Virus record (IMG/VR): IMGVR_UViG_3300027892_000017
Span: 62,001 to 126,000 of that record
Length of the DNA: 64,000 nt
Source: an uncultured virus (IMG/VR IMGVR_UViG_3300027892_000017)
Taxonomy: Duplodnaviria; Heunggongvirae; Uroviricota; Caudoviricetes
Strand: one strand, 5' to 3'
Shown: in pieces, positions 50,898 to 59,455 of the stretch
Layout: every line of letters starts with the position of its first letter
Numbering within the stretch: position 1 is the first letter of the stretch
Program-made: the position numbers and the translations under genes
The notes under the pieces: generated by a model
The model's database searches: none
The model's input: only the letters and a program-made list of their open reading frames with translations
Told to the model about the DNA's origin: nothing

Positions 50898-51763
50898 TAG
50901 GTACCCCACTCATTTTTAAATAGTGGCACTTGTAATCTGTCACTATAACGCCATCCACGTTTCATAGCAAGATCGGCCACCTTACGATTGTTTAATGCAT
51001 ACACACTTTCTACACCGCCAACTGGCATTAGATAAACATGTCCAGTGAAACCTGCTTTACGATATTCTTCAGTAGCACGTTCTGCATCGGCAAAGTCTTG
51101 TTCTGTAGCAATAACAAATTTTAAATATGCTGTACCATACTCTTCGTACTCACATACAATCTCAGGACAGATTGCTTCTTCCCACTTCTCGCCACTACAA
51201 GGAAGTTTAGCACTTACACTAAATGTAATCTCACGCCAAAAATCTTGATCATGATGACTTTTCCAAGTATGCAAATATGAAGCAAATTCTGGAGTTAATT
51301 TTTGAGTACCGTTTGTTTCAAAAGTAATTTCTCTAAGACGCCACATACTAGGATGATCTAACAAATCTGGATAAGCACGTTGCCAACCTAACAACGGCTC
51401 TCCGCCTGTAATAACTAGATGCTCATCTTCCCAACGCTTGTGCGGAAGTATCTCCATAATACGATTTACAATAGCGTTACTTTCTAACATTGGACTTAGA
51501 TCTTTAAACTCTGGCATCCATGATGCATAGCTGTCACAACCTGTGCTTACAAGCGGCAAGTCTTCATACTTTTGAAAAGACTCAATCATTTTGTGTGTTG
51601 CCGCAATGTCAGTAGCTTCGTGACTGACTTCACCACGTGGCATGCCAAAGCCTGCGCATTTAAAGTTACACCCAAATGTACGCAGAAACACAGACGGGAC
51701 ACCCATGTAGCGTCCTTCACCTTGGATACTGTAAAACAGTTCCGCTATTTTAATTTTACTCAT
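50897..51763 (-). CDS. queE: 7-carboxy-7-deazaguanine synthase (radical SAM)
   Basis: ELFYSIQGEG..G.PSVFLRTFGC, ITGGEPLL, FETNGT, and C-terminal SDRLQ. Confidence 0.9.
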   Translation of the reverse strand: MSKIKIAELFYSIQGEGRYMGVPSVFLRTFGCNFKCAGFGMPRGEVSHEATDIAATHKMIESFQKYEDLPLVSTGCDSYASWMPEFKDLSPMLESNAIVNRIMEILPHKRWEDEHLVITGGEPLLGWQRAYPDLLDHPSMWRLREITFETNGTQKLTPEFASYLHTWKSHHDQDFWREITFSVSAKLPCSGEKWEEAICPEIVCEYEEYGTAYLKFVIATEQDFADAERATEEYRKAGFTGHVYLMPVGGVESVYALNNRKVADLAMKRGWRYSDRLQVPLFKNEWGT

Positions 51764-52149
51764 ACACAATCCTGTTCTTTTGCCATTTTTGTTATTATAG
51801 CACGTTCTTCTTTATTTTGTCTAGTATTACGAAACTCTTTAACGTCTGCTGATGCAGTTACAAGAGTTTGAGCATAATTAATTGTTTGTTGCTCTTTCAA
51901 ACAAATAGTCGATTCGGTATCAATATACCCTTTGGTAAGTAATGTCCAAATATGTGTCCAGCGTGACTTTGACCAAAAGTTTGTTCTAGTAGTAACATAG
52001 ATGTTAACAGAAATACCTGTATCATCAGACTCTACCCAGACATTGTGATCACAATCTGTATTAGAACATTCGCAAGCAACTCGATAAACTTTTGAATCGC
52101 CCCAATCGTTTTGCTTCAAAATACCTTCTGCTGGAGTTTGGGCTTTCAT
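51760..52149 (-). CDS. Hypothetical protein
   Basis: Coupled ORF with a CEC...C.H motif. Confidence 0.6.
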   Translation of the reverse strand: MKAQTPAEGILKQNDWGDSKVYRVACECSNTDCDHNVWVESDDTGISVNIYVTTRTNFWSKSRWTHIWTLLTKGYIDTESTICLKEQQTINYAQTLVTASADVKEFRNTRQNKEERAIITKMAKEQDCV

Positions 52150-52478
52150 TGTTTGAACATCTCTAAATTAATAATTTTAGCAACACGCTCACCGACATTT
52201 TCACCAGTGGGAATAACATAAGTTTGTTGATCGTGTCGATCCTTACGGTCATCATAATGTCGAACATTGAGAATCTTACCACCAACTGCATTGCTTAGTT
52301 CAAATGTAATGCGACCTTCGCCTTCTGCACGGCCACGTTCTACCATTGCTGTTCCCATACCAATTGCCATTTTATGTTTATCCTGTAACCATACTGTTGA
52401 ATTTATTTGATCGTAGTGGTCTCTATTTTCCCACATGTCTCGAACTTTGGTATATAACCATTTATCAAACCATTTCAT
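52146..52478 (-). CDS. Hypothetical protein
   Basis: Coupled ORF. Confidence 0.6.
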   Translation of the reverse strand: MKWFDKWLYTKVRDMWENRDHYDQINSTVWLQDKHKMAIGMGTAMVERGRAEGEGRITFELSNAVGGKILNVRHYDDRKDRHDQQTYVIPTGENVGERVAKIINLEMFKQ

Positions 52479-52693
52479 TCTACATCTTCCTCAAACCATT
52501 CGTCAACCATTGTTTCTGCTTCGTCTTGCGTTAACGCCGGAACAAAAATACGTGCTGGATGTCCAACTGTATGTTGTATATCAAATTTAACCACACCTGC
52601 TGGTATGTGATCGAATTCTCTCTCTACAATAAATTCTTGTAAATTCTTTGCACGGAAAATTAATTGATCAGTTAAGTCTTTAGCTGTTGTCAT
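52475..52693 (-). CDS. Hypothetical protein
   Basis: Coupled ORF. Confidence 0.55.
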   Translation of the reverse strand: MTTAKDLTDQLIFRAKNLQEFIVEREFDHIPAGVVKFDIQHTVGHPARIFVPALTQDEAETMVDEWFEEDVE

Positions 52694-53460
52694 CTTGGGG
52701 CAAACTCCTGTTGTAATTTAATGTTATCAAAAAACTCTTTCTTAGCACCTGGATCAGTTTTAAATGAACCAGTAAGTACAGTTGTCTGTGTTAATGAACT
52801 ATGTGCCATAATGCCGCGATTCTCACAGCAACCGTGTGTTGCTTGAATGTATACTGCTACGTTTTTGGAATTTGTTGCTCGGCTGATTTCCCTAGCAATG
52901 TCATTGCAAAGTTCCTCCTGGAGAGTACCTCGACGGGCACACCACTGAGCGATCCTTGTATACTTGCTAAGTCCGATGAGTTTCTCAGCCGCAATAATAC
53001 CAATATAAGCAACGCCAGTAACGGGTTGGTGATGATGGCTACACATACTGCGAAGCTCGCTACGAACAACCAGCATGCCTTCATAACGGTCCGCCGAATC
53101 ATTTGGAAAACATGTTGCGTCTGGTGCTGATTCATATCTACCTGCCATAATTTCGTTAAAATACATCTTAGCAAGTCTACGTGCTGTGCCTTTGCTATTA
53201 GGATCGTTTTCTCTATCAATAAGTAAACTATCAAGCACTTGCTCAAATGCAGGTGTTGCTTCGTCAATTAATTTTTCTATATCACCTTCGTGCAAGTATT
53301 CACTGATGTTATCACCTGCCCAAAAACGTTTACCTTCACGTTTCATCTTAAAACGAATATGATCGCCTAAGTATGCTTCTTTGTAATCTTTGTTGTCGTC
53401 GCCTTGTTGTTCTGCACCGGTAAGTGCGTTCTTCAAGTCTTCTGTTGTAAATGTTGTCAA
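52690..53460 (-). CDS. folE: GTP cyclohydrolase I
   Basis: SMCSHH, IGLSKY.R, LQEEL, HGCC..RG; TTG start with a GGAG RBS. Confidence 0.95.
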   Translation of the reverse strand: MTTFTTEDLKNALTGAEQQGDDNKDYKEAYLGDHIRFKMKREGKRFWAGDNISEYLHEGDIEKLIDEATPAFEQVLDSLLIDRENDPNSKGTARRLAKMYFNEIMAGRYESAPDATCFPNDSADRYEGMLVVRSELRSMCSHHHQPVTGVAYIGIIAAEKLIGLSKYTRIAQWCARRGTLQEELCNDIAREISRATNSKNVAVYIQATHGCCENRGIMAHSSLTQTTVLTGSFKTDPGAKKEFFDNIKLQQEFAPR

Positions 53461-53483
53461 GTTAATTCTCCGATCATTTGTAC

Positions 53484-53512
53484 ATTATATAGATTATTTA
53501 GGCAAATGTCAA
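53484..53512 (-). promoter_or_regulatory. Consensus sigma70 promoter for folE with TAAATA nested in the spacer
   Basis: TTGACA (53512-07), N17, TATAAT (53489-84); TAAATA at 53500-53495. Confidence 0.85.
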
Positions 53513-53616
53513 CTAAAGTATCCATAAGATACAACAAACCCTATACCAAACCAGAAAATTACATATTCTAACCAATATTTTTCAAGTAAATTTTCTATCT
53601 TATTTTTAAGAGTCAT
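53509..53616 (-). CDS. Small membrane protein, 35 aa (absent from the ORF track)
   Basis: Manual translation gives MTLKNKIENLLEKYWLEYVIFWFGIGFVVSYGYFS; it fills the gap between annotated ORFs. Confidence 0.55.
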   Translation of the reverse strand: MTLKNKIENLLEKYWLEYVIFWFGIGFVVSYGYFS

Positions 53617-53628
53617 ATGTTGTTTCCA

Positions 53629-53826
53629 TCAAATTATGTTGCGATCTTTTTTATAGTTTTCGTAGTGCCGCTTGCGGCATTCTTCTTTAACTGATTGCGG
53701 AATATCTGGATGCCATTCTGCCATTCCGCAATCGTAATATCTACCTTGAGGTTGATTTTGTATAATCATATATCCAAAGATACTCAATATTGTAACGGCA
53801 AGTATGACAATGATAATATCCTTCAT
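53629..53826 (-). CDS. Small protein with an N-terminal transmembrane helix
   Basis: MKDIIIVILAVTILSIFGYMII; ATGA overlap. Confidence 0.6.
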   Translation of the reverse strand: MKDIIIVILAVTILSIFGYMIIQNQPQGRYYDCGMAEWHPDIPQSVKEECRKRHYENYKKDRNII

Positions 53827-54032
53827 AGTCGTTCGCTCAAAAGTATACGACATAAATCAGCATCTTTTTTATTTTTAAATGTAAAGGTCATGCAATCTTC
53901 TTCAGGATGAGATTCGTATCTGTTTCCAGGCAATCCAAATACTTCTAGTACTAGAGCACATGTTTCATTCCACCAAAAACCATTTTGGTTGTCCCATAAT
54001 ACTGCTACTTGATTCTCATTTGTCGCTAACAC
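53823..54032 (-). CDS. Hypothetical protein (start uncertain)
   Basis: ORF between the HIT gene and the membrane protein; a GTG start is assumed. Confidence 0.5.
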   Translation of the reverse strand: MLATNENQVAVLWDNQNGFWWNETCALVLEVFGLPGNRYESHPEEDCMTFTFKNKKDADLCRILLSERL

Positions 54033-54396
54033 GATAGTTTCCTTTTTCTGGAATAACATGTCTAACACCTCCACGTGGATCTTCCATATCACCCTTGCGT
54101 CTAGGAATCATATGTACATGTGGATACATTATTGTTTGTCCAGCAGCCTCGCCACAGTTTTGTCCGACATTAAAAGCGTCCCACCTGCCCGACTCGACGC
54201 CCATGTAACCAAATTTGTATGCGGCTTTGTAACAATCCCAGAGATGGTCCCAGTCTTCTTTGGTAGGCACAAATAACAGATGTCCTTCCGTAACTGGGTA
54301 TGCATCTCGGAAGACCCAATAGTCTTTAGTTCGGTATTCAATACCGGTCCACGGTGCTCGTTTTTCATCAAGTGCCCTTTCAATATCAGTTGTCAT
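54016..54396 (-). CDS. HIT family nucleotide hydrolase
   Basis: DAYPVTEGHLLFVP, FNVGQNCGEAAGQT, PHVHMIPR. Confidence 0.9.
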   Translation of the reverse strand: MTTDIERALDEKRAPWTGIEYRTKDYWVFRDAYPVTEGHLLFVPTKEDWDHLWDCYKAAYKFGYMGVESGRWDAFNVGQNCGEAAGQTIMYPHVHMIPRRKGDMEDPRGGVRHVIPEKGNYRVSDK

Positions 54397-54937
54397 TGCG
54401 CCAAAACTCTTCCCAAGGATAAACTAACCAACAGTCCTCTTCTGCTTTGTTGACTTCCCAAACAGAGTAGTCAACAGTTTCTTTACTTGCCATATTGTTA
54501 GTTAGTGTAGCAAATCGAACATTGCCTCCCCACACGTGATTCCAAAAATCGTGATCGGGATGACAGCCACTTGGCCAGTCTTGTTTGATCCAGGCAATAG
54601 TGCTACCTTGATCATTAATGTCGTCTACAATAAGAATTTTTTTTCTGTAAGCCGGATCAACAAACGTGCCAGTGGATTCTCGTATTTCACTAGGGACACA
54701 ACCAAATGCATCTTCAGCCATGCCTAAGTCGCTTACACAATCTCCACCATCACGTAAACTTACTTGTAATGGACGCATGGGAATTCCCATATATTGACTA
54801 AGCAGTACTGCTGGCACAGCACCGCCACGTGTGATACCTACAATATAATCTGGACGCCAGTTGTCTTGCTGTAGCTGTCTAGCAATATCTAAACAAGCAC
54901 CTTCAATTTGACTCCAGCTATAGTAAACCTTTTTCAT
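54386..54937 (-). CDS. Type I phosphoribosyltransferase (gpt-like)
   Basis: IVGITRGG, PRPP-binding loop ILIVDDINDQGST, and C-terminal WLVYPWE. Confidence 0.9.
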   Translation of the reverse strand: MKKVYYSWSQIEGACLDIARQLQQDNWRPDYIVGITRGGAVPAVLLSQYMGIPMRPLQVSLRDGGDCVSDLGMAEDAFGCVPSEIRESTGTFVDPAYRKKILIVDDINDQGSTIAWIKQDWPSGCHPDHDFWNHVWGGNVRFATLTNNMASKETVDYSVWEVNKAEEDCWLVYPWEEFWRNDN

Positions 54938-54945
54938 TAAGTGCC

Positions 54946-55173
54946 TTACTGTAAATTACGATTATCATCTTCTTCTGAACGCATAATTGCTTCAACAATG
55001 TCTTCATCTAAATCTTCTATATCTACCTCATGGGAGTTTTCTTCAAGTTCTCCACTTTTGAACATACGATGAATTTCAGAAACAAGTTCGTCAAGTTCTT
55101 CTTGTGTGCCATCAAAATTATCAAAGCAGCCTGGTGCAAATTCGATTTTAGTTGCTTTTGGTTTATCAGTCAT
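54946..55173 (-). CDS. Acidic hypothetical protein
   Basis: Start reassigned to MTDKPK. Confidence 0.55.
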   Translation of the reverse strand: MTDKPKATKIEFAPGCFDNFDGTQEELDELVSEIHRMFKSGELEENSHEVDIEDLDEDIVEAIMRSEEDDNRNLQ

Positions 55174-55534
55174 GATCGCCTTTAATTGATTCAAATGTTC
55201 TATACTTACCCAATGCATTTATGTATTCGTCATACATCTTTTTTAGTTTTGGATATTTCTTTTCAAGTATAACATCTCTTTCGGGAATTTGCAAGACTTT
55301 TTCAATTGTGTTTAACCGTTCTTCCAAGTCACGGCCGTTAATAACCATTCGACCTTTAACTTCTAATTCTGGCGGAGTTTGTTTAACAATCATAACATTG
55401 TCATTTGGATTAGTCCACGTTGTACCGTTAGACCCACTTGTTAAAAACTGTCCTGATGTATTGGTAGTTGTATAAACGTAGCCACCACTAGTAGTATTAG
55501 CTATGTTGTTTGCGTTCTTCAAGATATAGCTCAT
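55166..55534 (-). CDS. Hypothetical protein with T/S-rich N-terminus (start uncertain)
   Basis: Low-complexity N-terminus; C-terminal LEKKYPKLKK. Confidence 0.55.
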   Translation of the reverse strand: MSYILKNANNIANTTSGGYVYTTTNTSGQFLTSGSNGTTWTNPNDNVMIVKQTPPELEVKGRMVINGRDLEERLNTIEKVLQIPERDVILEKKYPKLKKMYDEYINALGKYRTFESIKGDHD

Positions 55535-55952
55535 TATGTATCCATTTATTTTTAACAAGGAATCCCCATTCTTGTTTTTGTGGACCTGGCATGAACAATG
55601 TCCACGCAGTTACGTTAGGATCAAGCTCAATACGATGATAGCTGTTAGCACTACATATACGAAAATGTCCTGGACCTCGCCATTTACACATTTCACCTGA
55701 CATATTACCTTGCTCGTCAAATAACGGAATCCATTCATAGTATCCGCCTTTTAAAATCAGTGTAGCATAAGGCCACGGATGATCATGTACATCGCCAGGA
55801 TCTGACTGATGAAACTTGTGTAAAAATATGTTAAACGGAAACCAGTTACGATCCTTTAGGAACAAATAGTAACGTGTGATAAGTGGAGCACCGTTTTGGC
55901 GATCCATAATAATACGTTTACGTCCAATGTGTTCTAAAAATTTAAGAAGCAT
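55497..55952 (-). CDS. Cupin-like protein
   Basis: LHKF..SD...HDHPW...GGYYE...HRI metal-binding pattern. Confidence 0.65.
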   Translation of the reverse strand: MLLKFLEHIGRKRIIMDRQNGAPLITRYYLFLKDRNWFPFNIFLHKFHQSDPGDVHDHPWPYATLILKGGYYEWIPLFDEQGNMSGEMCKWRGPGHFRICSANSYHRIELDPNVTAWTLFMPGPQKQEWGFLVKNKWIHNELYLEERKQHS

Positions 55953-56307
55953 ATTTATTGCCTTTCTTTGCTTCCCAATCGTCCTCAATCATTGCATAAG
56001 TTTGTTTGAATTTTTCAAATGCAATTTTTAAAGCAGGATATTCCTTACACATTTTTTCAACTTCTGAGTAGCTAGGGAAACTATCAACCCATTCAATTGG
56101 TAAATTAAAACTCCAATTATCTGATCCACCAATAGTAATAGTATCTAAAGGAGAGATTGTACTAATACTTCCGCTTGCAAGTGTATAACTTCCAGCAAAC
56201 ACGGAAGTGTCTATAGTTACAGTATTGGCACTTGTTATTGACGACAAGTCAATTGTGTCACTGTTTAATGTTATTGAGTAAGTCTCTGGCGCTAAAGAAC
56301 TGTTCAT
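55942..56307 (-). CDS. Hypothetical protein with S/T-rich N-terminus
   Basis: Low-complexity N-terminus; C-terminal MCKEYPALK. Confidence 0.55.
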   Translation of the reverse strand: MNSSLAPETYSITLNSDTIDLSSITSANTVTIDTSVFAGSYTLASGSISTISPLDTITIGGSDNWSFNLPIEWVDSFPSYSEVEKMCKEYPALKIAFEKFKQTYAMIEDDWEAKKGNKYAS

Positions 56308-57331
56308 TTAAGATATCCTTTTGTTTTCTAATTTGTGGAATCCTAGTTCTGTAATTATCCATATGCTGTATAATTTCTTTACACAAATTAGGACGATATA
56401 CATTATATGCGTCCCAGCTTTCGGTCCACTTACTTGGATACTTAAATGTGTCCAAGTACATTTCTTTGTAACTTAGTCTGTCAGGAACCATTGGAATTGC
56501 ATCTACAACAGTGCCTTCATAACAACTAATGCCTAATGTTTCTTGCAAATTAGCACTAAACACTAGTTTTGCCTCACCCAATAAATTATGATATTCATTT
56601 TTAGTCAGTTGTTGATCTTGACATACGACAAATTCATATTGTGGTAAGTGTTCTTTTAAATCTCTAAAAATATTAACTTGTTTTTCTGGAGCAATACGAT
56701 GTGGGAATAAGATAAGATCACGCTTGGGCATGTTCTTATACATTGTTAACGTATCTTCCATATACTCCATGGGCCATCCTGTGCGTATAATTTTACTTTG
56801 ATTAGTATAATAGTTTGGTGGAGTAAGAGTATCATGGAACAAGTTTTCAGTAAACATGTTAATATGAAACTCTGTAGCAAAGTAGTTATAATCAAATGAA
56901 TGGAAGAAACTTTTCTCAGCATGTCTAACCCAAGGTTTAGCACCAACCAAGCGTCCAAGAAAGTCTTGTGGATCATATGATCCAGCATGCCATAAGCCGT
57001 GTGTAGTTACCGGAATACCTAGCAACTCACTCATGTACTTTAAGTTTATGATACCAGGATGCCAAGCATCAGTAAAGATAAAGTGATCGCCGGAATGAAC
57101 GGCTCCGTTACAAAATAAACGACCCATCTGCTCAACTTGACTAGCCTTGTATATATTAGTCCCGCCAAAGTTAAGAAACGCTCCTGGAGTGGTAGCACTA
57201 GGTATGTCCATAGGACCAGAGATAATTTGAACATTGTGTCCTGCCTTTTTAAGTAGTTTGGGTACACTAGTTTTCCATTGACCAGTGTACCGTGTGTCAA
57301 CTGCTTCAAGGTCGACTAAAAAGACTTTCAT
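56258..57331 (-). CDS. GT-B fold glycosyltransferase (possible DNA glycosyltransferase)
   Basis: FPHRIAPEK and QETLGISCYEG (ExxGxxxxE) GT4-like motifs. Confidence 0.8.
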   Translation of the reverse strand: MKVFLVDLEAVDTRYTGQWKTSVPKLLKKAGHNVQIISGPMDIPSATTPGAFLNFGGTNIYKASQVEQMGRLFCNGAVHSGDHFIFTDAWHPGIINLKYMSELLGIPVTTHGLWHAGSYDPQDFLGRLVGAKPWVRHAEKSFFHSFDYNYFATEFHINMFTENLFHDTLTPPNYYTNQSKIIRTGWPMEYMEDTLTMYKNMPKRDLILFPHRIAPEKQVNIFRDLKEHLPQYEFVVCQDQQLTKNEYHNLLGEAKLVFSANLQETLGISCYEGTVVDAIPMVPDRLSYKEMYLDTFKYPSKWTESWDAYNVYRPNLCKEIIQHMDNYRTRIPQIRKQKDILNEQFFSARDLLNNIKQ

Positions 57332-57570
57332 CAGTCTTTGAACCTTGGTTTGCTGTTAAAATTTGGATTATGTGGACGAGGATTCTTGCCCAAATAAGGT
57401 TTACGTTCACCGTTCCATGCCTTCTTAGGTCGACGGCTGTACTCAAAATCTCGCCAATTTTGACTTTCCCTATTATAAAGGTCGGCTGGGTTATAGTTAC
57501 GCAACTCAAAGCGACAAAAGTCGAGATAGTTGTCCAGGTCATCAAAAATCTTAACGACTTCGTTTTTCAT
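57331..57570 (-). CDS. Hypothetical protein
   Basis: Start reassigned to MKNEVV; AAGGA RBS; basic C-terminus. Confidence 0.6.
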   Translation of the reverse strand: MKNEVVKIFDDLDNYLDFCRFELRNYNPADLYNRESQNWRDFEYSRRPKKAWNGERKPYLGKNPRPHNPNFNSKPRFKD

Positions 57571-57589
57571 AGGAGTATTTCCTTTAATT

Positions 57590-57985
57590 TTAGTACTTAA
57601 TAAATGAACCATTTTCTCCGTCTTCGGAGACCTCAATCCAAACCTCACGGCCTGGATACTTATTGGAAATAGTGTCGTACAATTCGTCCGACATCATTTC
57701 GCAACTCTTATGATCTAGCGACAAAACACCTTGTGCGCTAGAATACAGTTGTTCAAGCCATCGCTTGAATTGTATGAATTCCACATCTCTGTCATTGTGG
57801 GTGACACTAAGCCATACCCTAAAATGGAAAATATGACGATGAGGATTAGCAAGAAACGATACATCATATTGATCTCCTGTTGCTAGGTTAGGGTCTGTTG
57901 CGGCCGCAGGATAGCAATGGATGCCTTCCTTTTGAAATGTGACCCAAATCATTTTAAGCGGCCGTATATCTTGTTTAAGAATCAT
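57590..57985 (-). CDS. QueD-like T-fold protein with LxxxHRHxF motif (DpdL-like)
   Basis: LANPHRHIF in place of the QueD CxxxHGH motif; SCEM and C-terminal VSEDGENG; deazaguanine gene context. Confidence 0.7.
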   Translation of the reverse strand: MILKQDIRPLKMIWVTFQKEGIHCYPAAATDPNLATGDQYDVSFLANPHRHIFHFRVWLSVTHNDRDVEFIQFKRWLEQLYSSAQGVLSLDHKSCEMMSDELYDTISNKYPGREVWIEVSEDGENGSFIKY

Positions 57986-58518
57986 AGTGTTGTATCTTGT
58001 GTGTACTGATCCCAATGAGTGTACTTGTCTTTACTCATCAAGCTCTGTAAGTGATGTGTCCACACACCTGGATTTGTAGCACCCCAAGTTCGGTCGTCCA
58101 GTTTAAGTGTGGCATTATAGTTGAGTTGATTAATGTAAGGTAACTTGACACTAATCATGGGAACAAATCGAGGATATTCGTTATATGCTGATTCCAATAC
58201 ACCTTCAATGTGTTCAACACCAAAGTCTAAAGTAACCCAATAGTCTGCTTTTAAACAGCCAATAATAACTTCATCCCATGCTTTATATTCTTCGTGGCTA
58301 ATACTTTTAGGATTAAAACTTTGACTAGTGCCAAAGTAAATATGTTTAATACGTTTGCTTTCGTCCAAGTATGCTTGTGTATCCCCTGCCTTACGAAGTA
58401 TGTCTTCTAAAGGAGGTGTGCCTACAACAAACAAAGTGAACATGCCATGACAAACAGTATGCTCTACTTCGTAGCCTGTAAAATATGTGACGTCTTGTCT
58501 TTGTTGTGTATCTAACAT
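57982..58518 (-). CDS. Hypothetical protein coupled to the T-fold gene
   Basis: YFTGYEVEHT...HIYFG...KLDD...ATNPGVW; ATGA overlap with the downstream gene. Confidence 0.7.
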   Translation of the reverse strand: MLDTQQRQDVTYFTGYEVEHTVCHGMFTLFVVGTPPLEDILRKAGDTQAYLDESKRIKHIYFGTSQSFNPKSISHEEYKAWDEVIIGCLKADYWVTLDFGVEHIEGVLESAYNEYPRFVPMISVKLPYINQLNYNATLKLDDRTWGATNPGVWTHHLQSLMSKDKYTHWDQYTQDTTL

Positions 58519-58524
58519 GTTGTA

Positions 58525-58553
58525 AGTATATAATAATTAATATATAAAGTCAA
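58525..58553 (-). promoter_or_regulatory. Sigma70 promoter TTGACT-N17-TATACT (probably leaderless transcript)
   Basis: Only 6 nt lie between the -10 box and the ATG at 58518. Confidence 0.75.
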
Positions 58554-58561
58554 ATCCAATT

Positions 58562-59455
58562 TTACCAAAGTAAGTAGCCTCTGCTTTGATTGGCTTTTCG
58601 ATTAATACTTTCTTCAAATGCTTGTTCCCACTGTGATACTCTAGGATATGCGTTTGACCAAAATCTATCAACAATTATGTCACCGTTTTCAATCCAAGTA
58701 GCCGCATCTTGCATACATTTATAAAAACCTTCAGTTCTTGGACTAGGGAACATAATAGTACATGCTTTCCAAAGTAAATTACCAAAATCAGTGTTTACTT
58801 GCTTTTGATTTCCAAACACAATTAACGCTTCGTTGTTTACGATTGGTTGATCAAATACATCTGGGCCTGAACCCAAATCAATAATAACGTCAAAGGTTCC
58901 AGTGTATTCTTCAGAAAGCAGTTCTCCCCACTGACGTTTATTGCTTTTACCTTTTACTGTGATTTCAAAATCTAAATGATTTAGTTTAATTGTATGATAC
59001 GCAACCCAAGCAAGGAAGCCACTGCCTATAATCAGCAATCTCTTACCTGGCCCACTTCGTTCTGCAATTTCTCTAATGGGTTGATGAATAATATTAATCC
59101 CGCATGCTACTGGTTCTAGTATGTATTTAGGATCAGCTTCGGGTACCTTAACATATTCTCTAGCACGTACATTATATACATCCGCATACGCAGGCTCGCC
59201 ACGTGTTGCCACAAGGTCTCCTACTTTAACATCAGTTACTTTATTACCAATTTCAATAATTTGACCCAATCCTTCGTGACCATGCATATTTGATGGCAAT
59301 AACGCAAACTTTCCTTGCATCATATCAATGTCACTTCTACAAATACCAGTCATAACCGCTGCTACTTGGATTTCTGTTTCTCCAGGAGGCTGTACATCGT
59401 ACTTTGCTTCAAAGAAAGCACCTTTACCGTCTGTTTGTAATGTATCTACTATCAT
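58562..59455 (-). CDS. Zn-dependent medium-chain dehydrogenase (GroES-like ADH)
   Basis: GICRSD, GHEGLG, LEPVAC, IIGSG. Confidence 0.88.
   Translation of the reverse strand: MIVDTLQTDGKGAFFEAKYDVQPPGETEIQVAAVMTGICRSDIDMMQGKFALLPSNMHGHEGLGQIIEIGNKVTDVKVGDLVATRGEPAYADVYNVRAREYVKVPEADPKYILEPVACGINIIHQPIREIAERSGPGKRLLIIGSGFLAWVAYHTIKLNHLDFEITVKGKSNKRQWGELLSEEYTGTFDVIIDLGSGPDVFDQPIVNNEALIVFGNQKQVNTDFGNLLWKACTIMFPSPRTEGFYKCMQDAATWIENGDIIVDRFWSNAYPRVSQWEQAFEESINRKANQSRGYLLW

Noticed and set aside
53455..53460. TTGACA at the folE start as an additional -35 box
   Set aside because: There is no -10 element at the right spacing; it is the TTG start codon followed by ACA.
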